From the NCBI GenBank assembly GCA_964187785.1, contig OZ076417.1, forward strand, positions 36,828,001 through 36,892,000: DNA of 64,000 bases. Direction: 5' to 3'. This stretch comes from Amphiscolops sp. MND2022. Its lineage: Eukaryota. The notes beneath the pieces were generated by a model. That model made no database searches, was not told the DNA's origin, and worked only from the letters and a program-made list of their open reading frames with translations. A program made the translations under genes and the position numbers. Shown here one piece after another: positions 13,386 to 25,700 of this stretch. Position 1 is the first letter of the stretch; every line of letters begins with the position of its first letter.

Positions 13386-13658
13386 TGTCGGAACGACTGT
13401 CAGTGCCGGTAGTCACTGCATTCAGTTCATTCCCTTCTCTAGAATTAGAGGAAAATTGCAGGGTAAGCGCTAATACTAAGTCAGTTAGTTCTCCAATCTG
13501 TCTGTTCATTTCGTAGAACCGTTGATCAATCACGTTTCTCTCAGTGTTGTTCTGTCGATTCACGATGTCGTTACTATCAAAGTCCGTCATTTTATATTTG
13601 TATAAAAGGAGTAGTTTTTTGAGTTTCTGTATTTTTCTCATGCTATTCAGGTATGACA
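13386..13658 (-). repeat. Inverted fragment: first ~60 bp of LTR-A fused to ~200 bp of gag 5' end
   Basis: Reverse complement of 13597-13658 matches 2661-2721. Reverse complement of 13390-13590 matches ~3722-3925 (ATGACGGACTTTGATAGTAA...GACAGTCGTTCC). Confidence 0.9.
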
Positions 13659-13856
13659 GTTGGGTAAGCCTGGCGGGTGAATTAAAGTTTATTCAAATTT
13701 CTTCGAAGGGTTTTTACGATTTCAATCACTGTGGTGATTTTTGAATTTTTAAAAATGACAACGAAACAACAAAAACTGCAACAGGTTGATCGATGCTTAA
13801 AAATCGAATTGGGCTGAAAGATTTCCTACTGGACTAAAAACTTGGAGGTAGTTTTG

Positions 13857-14341
13857 AGTCGGCGTATTCAAAAGAAATTTACGCGAATTTTACGTGACAA
13901 GTTTTTTCTCTAGACTACAGAGCTCTCTCTGATTGGTCCACTTTTTGCTGAATTTACGCCGAAGATTTAAAGGGTACGCAAAGAGATCAAAAGGTACTGC
14001 CTTTGAAGTTGTCACAGTTTTATCGTATTCTCCAAGTTATTTGGGACCGAAGTGTCCATACTAAGGTTGTTTTTCCCCATTGTGCGACGTTTTGCCGTGA
14101 TTTGTTATGTCAGTTAGGGTGGTATGTTTTAAGCGCCTAAAGGGCCCTTCCCTTTCGGTTTTCCGACCCTGTGCTACTTGAAAAAAGTTCATTATATTTT
14201 GAGTTTAAAAAAATCTCTTTGCGAACACGAAAGGATCCCTTTTGGTATTTTTGGGCCTTTCTCTGTTTAAGTTCTAGTCCAAAACGCCTTGAATATATTT
14301 TCAAAATTGTGAGTGTTTTGAGCCTTTAGCGGGCGCCGACT
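13857..14341. mobile_element. Possible MITE in the lectin intron
   Basis: Short inverted ends AGTCGGCG / CGCCGACT. It interrupts intron sequence that is contiguous in the paralogous introns at 2560-2590 and 53815-53850. Confidence 0.45.
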
Positions 14342-14399
14342 ATATATGTTCTCATCTTGGTTTTCAAAAACCGCTCGTGATTGCTCATGACTGTTGAAG

Positions 14400-14669
14400 G
14401 TTGATGGTACGAAAGAACAATTGGAAGTTTTCACTGAGAAGATGGGTTACAAGTCTCACTGGTTGGGAATATTCACTGAGGATCACACATCGTGGAAATC
14501 AGTGGATGGCTCTGGGATCCCTAACAATATGCTTGTTTGGCAAGAGGGTGAGCCTAACAACGGCTATAACCGAGAAAAGTACGTCTTAAATGGATGGAAC
14601 GGAAACTGGGGTCTCAATGACGTTAAAGAAGAATTAACACACTACTTCATTTGCGATATGATTCCCTGA
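14400..14669 (+). CDS. C-type lectin last exon (rest of CTLD); the only complete last exon available to copy A
   Basis: Acceptor GACTGTTGAAG|GTTGATGG, phase 0, matching the donor at 2180. Translation VDGTKEQL...HWLGIFT...WQEGEPNN...LND...YFICDMIP*. Homologous to 53868-54137. Confidence 0.8.
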   Translation, partial: VDGTKEQLEVFTEKMGYKSHWLGIFTEDHTSWKSVDGSGIPNNMLVWQEGEPNNGYNREKYVLNGWNGNWGLNDVKEELTHYFICDMIP

Positions 14670-15699
14670 ATGGTCTATTCACTCCAGAGTCTGAACAGTT
14701 GGCTACAAGGCTTTCTTTTGAGGAAAATTCACTTCCTGATTAGTAAAAATAAAATAATAAAATCTGATCAATTCGTATTGCCTAAATTGTATTGTTCTAT
14801 GTAATCGGTTTTTGCTCATTGCAGAAATTTCATTCGTTTATTGAGGAAAACGTTTTTCCAGGAATCTGATGCTACTTTGTTTTGAGAAGTCGTCATGATC
14901 TCTCTTACTGTTGGGGCGCGCAGTTCAAAGCCAAAGTCGTTAATAATGTTGAACTTTTAGGTTCCCTGTGTCAACTCACCAGGTGTTTTCATGCTTAGGC
15001 CCTGATTCATAATTGTGCTGTTTTTCGCAAGAGTTCGCATGGTCAATGCATGTTCCATCTGGGCTCAAAAAGTCTCTTTCTTAACTCAAAACGTCAAACA
15101 AAAACCAAAAGGGGACGAAGCAATGGTCATAGGAATGGAAAAAAGTCACACATTCGTAGAAAAACCCAAAGGACCTTTTAATCTCTTCTAGTTTCCTAGA
15201 TAATTTGGAAAATGTGGAAAATTCAAAGGGAGAGTCCTTAGCCTTGATTAGATCTTGAGATCTTAGGCTAAAAGATTGTATAAAGTGGACATTTAATATT
15301 GAAAGTTGTCATCTGACAAGAAATAGAAAAAAAGTGCTGACTATCAATTGATAGTTTTTGATATTTTCTTCCGAGTTGACGAACATGTGTTTGGGTACGT
15401 AGGTTTTGGTCTCAAGTCTGCTGGAATAAAAAACTGAGAGAGTTTACAGAAGTTAAATCCTGAGCTGCTTTCTCAAATCTCTACCAGAATCAAAAAACTA
15501 ATAGAGAAACTTTTTAGCTCACACGCGTAAAAAGTAGTTGCGTAAGTGGAAAACTGTGTTGAAATAGTTGCTGATTGTGTGAATTCAGTGAAAAATTTCT
15601 ATGGAGTTGAACAATAAAGTACTTGGTTCATGTTATATTTGAATTAGATCGAGATAAATGATAATAGTGAGGTACTTCAAGAAGACTCTTACAGAGTTG

Positions 15700-16635
15700 C
15701 AGTGTAAGGCTTTTCAAAGAATCACTCGGAAGAAGACAACTTGAGATGAAGTATATATTTCCTTCTCTGAGAAAAATAATAATCAAAAGTGCTTTAAAAA
15801 TTAGTGTACGTTATGAATATAAGTTAGGATACATTAATATGCGATCCGAGTACACTGGTGTCTAGACAAATATACGGGTGACAAGATAATTATTACTATG
15901 AGTTAAAGAGTGTGAAATAAAAGACAGGTATATCATCCGACCGGTTTTTAAGAAGGGAAAAAGTATTTTGAAATCATTTGTGAAGAGTTAGTTTTTTTAC
16001 AGGAATGTTAAATATTAGGAAAGAATTGAAAAAAAGTCATTTGTTGGAGTTCGGCTTAAGCTTGAGAGAGTAAATAATTGCAGTTGGTTTAAAAATGTCG
16101 GGTTTCTTTCAAAAGTTTGAACATAGGTTGTTTTTCTTGTGTTGAATTGATGGACATAGGCACATACAGTTGTTTATTTTTTTCCTTATTTTGAGTTCGA
16201 GCAATATTCAAGATCATGGGAGAAACAGTCTAAAATAGATAGAGATAACGTCAATAGAGGCGGAGGTGGGATAGATTTTAAAATTAGTTAAAATTTAAAG
16301 TTACATGATCATTGAGTCATATTCGTTTGCATCATATTATCATAAGGTATCAAGTTCTTATTTTCATCAGGTTCGAGCTGTTTTTCAAATTCGTTGTGAG
16401 GAACGGGTGAGTTCAAAAAAACTTGGAAGAAGACAACCGGATTTGAAGAAAACATTTCGTTCTCTGAGTACAGTACTAATCAAAAGTGCTTCACAGTTCC
16501 GTTTACGATGACTATAAACTAAGATACATTAACATGGGATACGTGTTCACTGGTGTCTGTTGTCTCAACAAACATACGGGTGACGGGGATGGGTAAGATT
16601 ATGAGTAACCGACTATGAAATAAAGACAGGTAAAC
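15700..16635 (+). repeat. Two diverged direct repeats (~15700-15930 and ~16400-16635), possibly old LTR relics
   Basis: Shared blocks GGAAGAAGACAAC, TTCTCTGAG, AATCAAAAGTGCTT, GATACATTAA, CACTGGTGTCT, ATACGGGTGAC, AAAGACAGGTA occur in the same order. Confidence 0.5.
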
Positions 16636-16669
16636 AGTACAAAGGCTAAACGTCTCAAAGTATGGACCA

Positions 16670-18170
16670 ATGTGAAGCATATTTTAAACGCGAAAAAATC
16701 CGAATGTGCTCAATCTGATCATTGTTATCGCCGTCATGATAGAACTGATTACCATCGTGAAACTATGGAACGCCGTGGTACATCAGATCCTAGTGAATAT
16801 AAACATGCAATTCGTCACCTCAAGGAAACTAATAATCCTCAACTCATTGCCTTTGATTATCGGTGAAGAGATTGAAATTACTTATGATGACAAAGAAGAC
16901 AAAGTATTTTATAACGGACACACTTCACCCTGTCTTGATGATTACGGTTTTGGTGAATCAACTATTATACCATTGTATGATTTCCTGAAAACTTATGTCT
17001 CTTATTTTCACTACACTCCTTAATTGGATGAATGTCAAAATTTAATAACCGACACTGGCTTATTACGGAACACTTCTTCACTTCTTTAACCAATCGTACT
17101 ATTCACACGAAACTCTTTATCATGACTCTAAATCTCCCACTCGCCTATCAAGATTTGAAGTTTTTTCCGAACAAAAGATGTTTTGTAACAAACTCACACT
17201 TTTGTACTCAACTCATAACCCGGATCTCATTATGAACTATAGGGAAGGTTTTAATAGGCACACTGGTAAACGCAACCCCCTTCGCGTTTCTGAAGATGAA
17301 CAGTATGACCTTTTTCAACTCAACCTATTATTGGAGAACGCATTAAAATTGAGGATGAAAAACGTCTCCAAACTGCATTAATTTCTTCAACCATCTTGGC
17401 AACTAGTGATTATGAAGCACAAATAAATACTAAAATTGATTGTTCAAATAACCACGTCTTTAGAACGATGGCTGTTGTAATACTCAATGCACTGCACACT
17501 CTCTGCGAAGTAGAAAAAACCCATCTCCTAACAAAACTGGGTATGTCTGTAAAAAAATCCAAAAGAGCTGGTTTTTTCCTGATTCAAAATTGTAGTACCT
17601 TTCTCCATGTCGAAGGCTCCATCGCCTGGCTTTATGTTTGCCCTCATCTCCGCTCGCAATATACATAGATGAACAAGACTTCGATAAAATTCCAGTAATT
17701 CATCTTGACATTGTAATGTATGTTGAACCAATCACTCGAAAAACTTTCGAACACGCCAACCAAGTTCCTTTTGAAAACATACCTCAAATTGTTATTGCTC
17801 TTTACACAGACATCGACCAGTATTATGTTTTTACTCCTGATCCTATTAAAAAAGATCCACCTCAACTTTCTGATCCAAACATTTTCATAGTGCGATTAAC
17901 CCAAACACCTTCACTGACCCAGAAGCAGGCATTTATTCACAAAAAGAACCTAAATATCTTCGAAAACGTGTTCTTACCCATTAGCATCTTCTGGGAAAAG
18001 CGATAAGTTATGAATTCATGAGTGAAAAAGTTTCAAGATAATACCCACAAATTACTACGAATGGATTTTCATGACTACATGTTAAACGTAACTCATTTTT
18101 TCTACACCTGAATAGTTCGCTGATGCGTTTATTAGGTATTATGATTACGCACATTATATAATATCTTGAG
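16670..18170 (+). pseudogene. env: Decayed env relic paralogous to the env at 29540-31627
   Basis: DYEAQINTKIDCSNNHVFRTM...LCEVEKTHLL...FLHVEGSIAWLYVCPH and MYVEPITRKTF align with DYDAHINTKIDYTNNQVFRTM, FLYVEGSTAWLYDCPH and MYVDPITRQTY. Confidence 0.75.
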
Positions 18171-18177
18171 GTGGCCT

Positions 18178-18360
18178 AAACCACCTGCACTCTTCAACAA
18201 TTTCTTTTAGAGAGACTCCTCGGTATGCACAAATCATTCAATGCAGAAGGAATTGTCAGAAGATTATCTAAACCTCCACTGCACTCTTCATCAATTTCTT
18301 TTAGAGAGACTCCTCGGTATTCACAAATCATTCAATGCAGAAGGAATTGTCAGAAGACAA
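18178..18360 (+). repeat. Tandem duplication, about 94-bp unit x2
   Basis: CTGCACTCTTCA...GAATTGTCAGAAGA is repeated at 18185 and 18279. Confidence 0.85.
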
Positions 18361-21300
18361 ATAACACTTTACTCCGCTTTTAACCATGGTTTTACGGAAT
18401 CATAATCAGAACAATGTCACAAACAGATGACTCAGATTCTGATAATGATCCAGATTTCTCACAACTCCTAAACCCACTCAAAGGGCACTGAACATGAATC
18501 TGACTTTGAAAACCCACGACCAAAATTCAAACACAAAAATCACATGCAACGCTCTCCTCTACTTTTTACATCAATCTCTCTCAAAAGTATTTCTCTGGCA
18601 TATCCACCTTTAACTACACCACATTCAACTGGAAACATTTTAATTCGTCATCCGGTTTATAATGTCTCTAATAATTTTTCTCCCAGTCGCTCACAATTAC
18701 TGAAATTAAAATCACCTCCGTACCTACATAACTCCATTGCCAATGAGATGACGCACTAATTTTCCCGTTCACAATTTATGGCAATCAATTAAATTACATT
18801 CCGCTGCTCCACCAACACTTACAGATGTTTTTTATATCATTAACATATGTCAACGCCAAATTGAATCATTTTCTCGAAAGTCCAGCGAAAACTTACTCTT
18901 TATGTCAATTTCCGTCTGGAAAAGTTTACCAATTATTCTCCTGTTGTTACCTTCGTTGCAAATATTACTCTTCACCATGCCTTTCATCACTTCTTCTGAA
19001 TCCCCATCACCTTGCAAGACATACACATTGCATACACAACTATTGAGTACCCCATGCACTTCTGATGCTGCATCGATAACATCACCACCCTTCTTTGCAG
19101 ATCCCGAGTTTCCACCTGTTTCTAGTTTTGCCACTCGTCCTCACAATTGCGAATCTTTCAAGTAGATCTTCCACTTTTAACACCCGTTTGACAAAATTCA
19201 TCTTCCACTGCTTCCTCAAGATGCCGAAGCCACCAATTCTCAACACTAAAATTGCTCTGCAGTCCGCAAACTCACTGCACAACTTCAATCTGAAAAGCGA
19301 CGACATCCAAAACGCTAGCAACTTCCCCCGATGAAGGTGGTTCTGTCACTCAAAGAATAGTTCACTCCGTTATCTACGAACATAAACTCAACAACTACAA
19401 TGAAGCGGTAAAAACATGCAAAATATTTACATTCTCTTAGCAAATATCTTCAATAGAAGTGACCACCGGCATTCCGATTCCCCTCATCGCTCGGTACTGT
19501 AAACATTTAAAGATGTAGACGTTCCTGCTAACATTTTTGGACATAACTCTCATTTTACTCATAACCCTTATCCAATGTCACTTAAAGTATGCCATTCTTC
19601 CCAGCCACAAAATGAGTCAAATAATTACACCCAATCTCAAAATTATCAATTTGCACAAAGTCCTAATCCAACTGCTGATCGTGTTAAACCTCTTTATCCC
19701 CTTTTACTTTTCCTCCATCCCAGTCTCCGGCTTCTATGCCCTGCTTAAAATCCTTTTAATTTTAGACCCCCCAATGTGTAATGCTTTTAACTCTCTAAAA
19801 TCTCTCTGAACAACTCTTTAGAAAATATCGAGAAATTCTAACTCCTTTGAACTAAGATGTCAATTATTTCTAACTCTTATGCGCATTCTTTCCACACATC
19901 CTGAGCACATTTTCTCATAAGTGTTCTCTGTACAATACTTACCGCAAAAACTTCGAAAAGCCAAAAAGTTATTTGGTGCTCTTGCTCTATCATGTACATT
20001 TTCACTCTGAAGTCATATAAAACTCCAATCATTCAGGCTGCTGTAAAAATGTTACTGAAATCTTGATTTTTGCTATATGCTTTTACATTCAAATTATTCA
20101 AAACCTTTTTCCTTATACACTTGTATCAGTCAATGGAGATATTATCAAGAGAAATGAAACTAAGTGGGTCACAAGAGCTAAATTCAATAATCAGTGTGAT
20201 TCATGGTCAAACAAATAAAACTATTTTAACTCTGCAATGAATGAGAGGGTTATCCCATATATTCAAAAGATTGCTATTAATTTGCCTTTGAGAGAAGAAC
20301 AAATTAAGACCGAAATGTTTACTTGCGTTGATGAGAATAATCGGAAAAGACTCCAAAAAAGTCAAAAAAGTTAGTATATAGTCCTAATGATTGAGGAAAC
20401 CATAATATTTCACTTAGTGGAAAGGCACCAAAATTATATTTTCAACATAAGCGGAAGGTAAACCCCGACAAATCTTTCTCCGACGGAAGCAAAATCTGCG
20501 GGAAAGATAACTCCAGAAGTTTCCGAAAAAATGCGACAATTGGGACTATTTTTATGATATGTCAGTGAAATCGTAGTGCCGTTAAATCAATTTTAGGGCA
20601 CCGAAGTTTCATTTGCTCAACTCAAAATATCAGACCACCAACAAGAGTACTCTTTCGACTGAACTGAAACAATACCAAAAATGTCGAATACCAGAAAAAG
20701 GATTCATTGCGATCGCAGTGGCTCCTGCAAAAAAAAAAACAAATCGGTAAACGTCGGATGCAAAAGTGCCGAAATCACCCGAAGAAAAACCCTTTGGTTT
20801 TGTGATTTCATAGGTCGTGTAAAATTATAAAAATCCAAAGTGTGTCAAAAAGAAAAAAAAGATTTATTCAATAATTCTTCAAATAAATCACAAATAAACA
20901 TCGAAAAAATCTAACAAATCCTAATTGACTACATTCGAAAGTGAAATCTTGTCAAACTAAAACCGGATTAAACCAGATCGTTTGTTTTACAGGAAAACTA
21001 ATTTGAAAAGATGTAGAAAACAGTGAAAGTTAGACACTGATTGATTTTTCATTTGAACGTCACGTCCAGTCAAACCGTCGAGACTTGTACCTGAATAAAG
21101 TGTAAAATACTCATTTTCCGTCTCCGTGTTTGAAGTGGAAGCCAGTCAAACTGCGTAAATGTAGATAGTTTAAAGTAGTCACTCACTCCAAACCACACAG
21201 GGCAACAAGCACAACATGTAACGTGTAATAATTCGCTCATGCGTTTTAAACCTATGCGTTAAAATATTAAACCGTTTTTATTGTCTGTTAATTCACCTAC

Positions 21301-21747
21301 CATGACCCTGCTAGTTCGTTGCGGAATATGTATCCTAATGAACAAGATCTTTTCAGACTGCAAATAGATGTCTTGAAAACACTCGTGTCGGAGAAAATCG
21401 TAATCATCAGGTTCTTTATCTGACAAAAAAGCGTCAAGAAAAAATGAGGTGGTTTGAAAACCCATGAACGAAATACGTTGTCTCCAAAAAACTTTGTTGG
21501 TATTAAAAATAAAAGTTTAAATTCATTGAGTAGGTATGAAAACACAAACAGTATTTATACAAAGAAACGGTATATAAGGACATCGAAGAATCATAGAGAG
21601 GCTCTTCTATTCTACGCCCAGTAAAACCATGGTAATGTCAAATGAACTGTAACCAAGGAGAAGATTTTTAGAGGTTTTCATTTCCCTGATCAGATACATA
21701 TATAACTTCCAAAGTTTGATTGTTGTCCGCTATCTAGAGAGATGTTA

Positions 21748-22289
21748 TGTACTGCTTAAGAGTTGTATTGGTTAAGGTTAGGGTTAGGTTAGATGTTACT
21801 ATAAGAAGCTACTTTCATCCTAAGCAGAAGCCGCTGTAGATGTTATAAGAAATCTCTTTCAATACTAGATGCTTAGGTAAGTCTTCGAGGAAAACCTTTC
21901 TGTTTCTTTCACTAGTTATATACTGAGAGAAAACCTATCTATTGAGAGATATAGTAAACTCTGAGTAGTTATTTTTCAGGACATACATCAATAACTTATC
22001 TGTCATCAAAAACTGTCTAAATGAAGAAGCATCGCTACATCGATTATAGATTAGTGGGCTAGTATCTCAACGATGGAGCATTCACTAAATAGATTAGAGA
22101 TTCGTGGGTTACCATATCAAATTACTGAGAGTATTTATTAAACAGTTTAGTGGTAATAGTATCTGGATGGTAAGAGCATTCACTAAATAGATTAAGTTAA
22201 CTTCAAGTTGTCATGTGTCAATTTGTCAAAGAGAAAAAGTTCTAGAAAGTTCTATAAGAAAGTTTTGAGTCATGTATGATGGTATCACA
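21748..22289 (-). repeat. 3' LTR of the env-carrying gypsy
   Basis: Matches 47662-48204 at roughly 92-94% by eye; reads TGTGATACC...AAGCAGTACA on the minus strand. Confidence 0.9.
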
Positions 22290-22731
22290 ATCAACCGGGT
22301 TCTTCAAAAAAGTTTCAAGCATAATATTTGTAGGAGTGAATTTTTGTTCTAGAATGTTTTGTATCTTGTTGTTTTTCAGGTGTTATGTAAAGTGTGTTGT
22401 ATGTGTGAGGAGTGTTTTATACTTACGGAGTGAGAGTTTTCTGAAGCGGTTTGGTTAACTTCTTATAGTGCGGTTCATTTCACTTTGGTGCGAATTTTGA
22501 AAGTCAAAAAGTCAAGTAAGCAGGTTTGACTGACAGTTCGGTTCTAGTTATTGTTTGACAACAGGTTTCATGTATTTGGATTCGAATTTATTCAAGTATC
22601 CATTCATCGGCCTCTTGTAAAATATATCAAAGTAGTCAGTGAAAGTCGTGTGAAGTGAACAACTGCTGAAATCTGAAAACTTTTTATGTATTATGGAAGA
22701 CGTTGCCTATGAGTTGTGAACCAACATTGGC

Positions 22732-25700
22732 GGGTAGTGAACGAAAGTGAAAGAAGTCATTTTGCTCAAAAAGAATTCAGAAGATGTTGAGAAATGTTTC
22801 AAACTTCGAAATGTATCATATTGTTCTAGAAGTAAGAATCTTGTTTTGTAGAAAAAAAGATAGGGAGGAATGTATTGATAGAGATTTGTAATATAAAGTA
22901 TCATGCATAATTTAGCACTAAAACTAATTTCTGAAATATTTAGATTAATAGACTATAGCTTAAGAATATAGTGAAATATGATGAATACACGATTATGAGA
23001 CTACATCTAAAGTATATTAAGGTTATAGAAGATGAATAAAAAAGGTCTATATCTAATGGTTGATTATAAGGTTAGTTTGAAACAGTTTGAAGTTTGAATG
23101 TCAAAGAGTTCATGTTGAGAGAACTGCAAAGAAGTTGAAAGAGCTCAGGAAGGTCAGCGACGAAAATGAAGCTGCGGAGAAAACCAGCAAGAAGATGAAG
23201 GGAACTGCGAAGAAAGTCTGCGAAGTTGAAAGAACTGCGAAGAAAGTCTGCGAGGATGAATGACGACTACAAAAAGCCAGGTAGGAAGTTTTGAGTATGG
23301 GTGGCAGGGTTGGGTTGTGTAGGGTAATTTGACGGATCGTAAGGAGCCAGTCCCTGGGAAGAATCCAAAATCCTTGAGGACCTCGTTAAAATCGTCGACA
23401 ACTTCTTGCACAGCGTGTAAGAATTAGAAATTATTCTGATCAAATGACGTATGGGTTGAAAGAAAGACGTTGTTAGATTTTGTTTCACAGATAGCAATGT
23501 TGGGTCCCGGAAGGTGGAGTCGATAACACTGTTCAAATGAGATCTTTTTTGACGAAAGTAAGAAGATATTATACATTATCTTGAACAAAGCACGGAGGGT
23601 TGAAGGTGCAATTGTACTGTTGTTCAATTCATTGCCAACTTTTAATGCAAGTGTTTTAAAGATAGCAGCTTTCAAAGAATGTGCATTGTATGAAGGAACA
23701 GTGTTGTTTGATTGAGAAGAAGCTGATTTCATGATTGTTTCAGAAGTCATTGCCGCTCTGGAGGAGAAGGAAACGAAACAATTGAAGGAAATGACTGATG
23801 GGGCTGGACTGAAAGGTTGAGGACTAAAGAAGGTCCTGGAGAAGAGATGACTGAAGGAGGTTGGTTGGACAACTGAGAGGGAGGATGCGACGAGAAAAGA
23901 AGAAGGGAAGTGGCATGAATAGAAGTTTATAAAACAACAAAAATGTTTAAAAGTGAACCAAATATGGAGCTAATTTTGTATCAAAATTTTGGTGCTTTAT
24001 CATGTTATAATATCAGCGAAAGTTTTGGTTTGATATTGAAGTTAAAAGTTGTATCATACTTCAAGATATCTGAGGGTGAAAGATTTGAAAAACTGGCAAA
24101 ATTAAAGGGCCAGTGGTCAACAAGTTTTATATCAGAAAAATTGTATCAAACAAAGTCAAAATTCAAGGTCCCACTAATTGGAGAAGCGTATGAATAGGAG
24201 TTAGAAACGTTTCAAAAAGGTTACAAAAAGGTCAAAGATTTTACTTGTATTAGGTTTGGAGTGTACCATAAAAAGAAAGTGAGATTTACCTGAGAGGCGT
24301 TATATAGGATTAGAAAAAACAATATTCAAATTTTCAAGTGTTGTTCGTATTGCTTTCGATGATTGAGTAATTCGTTGTGAGTCAATGTCTAAAAATTGTA
24401 ACATTTTGAGAGGGTGGTCAAAGCATTCAAGATTGTGTGTGAGTGTTGTAAGTGGAGAATCCGTAGAATTCTTTTTGTACGGGTCGAGTTTGTAAGTGAC
24501 ATCACGAAGCGTTCGTGATGTAAGAACATTGTTGAGTTTGTCAGTAGTAGTTGTTGGTTGTTTTGGAGTGTATTGTTCAGGAGTAGTGTATTGTGTCACA
24601 GATTTAGCTTTTTCTGCCTTAACCATGAAGGCGATGACTTTTGCAGAGATGAACAATAGTTCGTTATATGAGTATGATTGTTCCGATAACGCTGTATAAT
24701 AAGATTTCTCTTCGTCGGTGAGAGGTGTAGAAACAAGATGTTTAATGACAGTGAGGGGTTTTGCTATGATAGTAGGAGCGTTACATGGCAAGAGAAAGTC
24801 GTCAAAGTGTATCAGATATTCTTGAGGAACAATGATAGGTCTTGATGTATCGTTATACGGCAAGAGACAAAAGTATTGTTTTATAGGATCATAGTTCCGT
24901 AAATAACCCGTTATACGAGAGTGGTCAATGGTGTACAAGTGTTTCATAGTTTATTTGTGTGGTGATGTATATTTGTAAATTACGAAAATGTAATTTTTTG
25001 GTTTTTGATGTTTGAGAAATGTAGTGTATGTGTTATGATGAGTTTTTTTTGCGAAGATGAAAGAAAGGAAGGGTCATCTTCATCAGTTTTGAGGTCGTAT
25101 ATTGACGATCTGAGAAAGTTGAACTGAAATGAGAAAATTTTAACATTATTGTCAAGCCAAAAATGATATGGTGTCAATTTTTTCGAGGCAAAAGAAGTGA
25201 AGAAGTCTTGGTTTTTGTCATATAATTTGAAAGTGTAGTCAGTTGGGTGCTTATATAGAGAAGTGAGTTGAGATTTGAATGTGAAAGTTTCGGTCGATTA
25301 AAAAGGTATGAGATAATCATCTATTTGTGTTGAAAATGAATCTTTTGGAGAGATGACTGGTGGATATACAGAAGAAGTGAGAAAGATAGGATCTTTCATT
25401 ATATCATATTTCTTTTTCGATGATTGAGTTGTTGATATAGATTCTTCAGGATGTTTTTCATCAGTATCAGAAGGTTTAGAAGTGATGTAACTAGCGTCCA
25501 TTTGTCCTGGTTGATTATTTGTAGGTTCAATAGGACTTTGAAACAAAATCGGTGAAGTGTTGCACAAAGGTGTGGTTGATGGGTTTGAGATGTTTGAAAT
25601 GTTTTGTGAATCCAGTTGTGATGGAAGATCAATATGAGCTTGAGTCATTTTGAAATCTACTAGCGAGTAGCTTTATTTTGTTTTGAAGGAGCGGTTTGAG

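Larger units (their letters stand above)
2661..13658 (+). mobile_element. Rearranged, non-autonomous Ty3/gypsy LTR retrotransposon composite
   Basis: 5-bp TSD GTTGG at 2656-2660 and 13659-13663; TGT...ACA ends; related LTR copies at 2661 and 12897; gag with two CCHC knuckles; integrase C-terminus; polypurine tracts. Confidence 0.85.
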
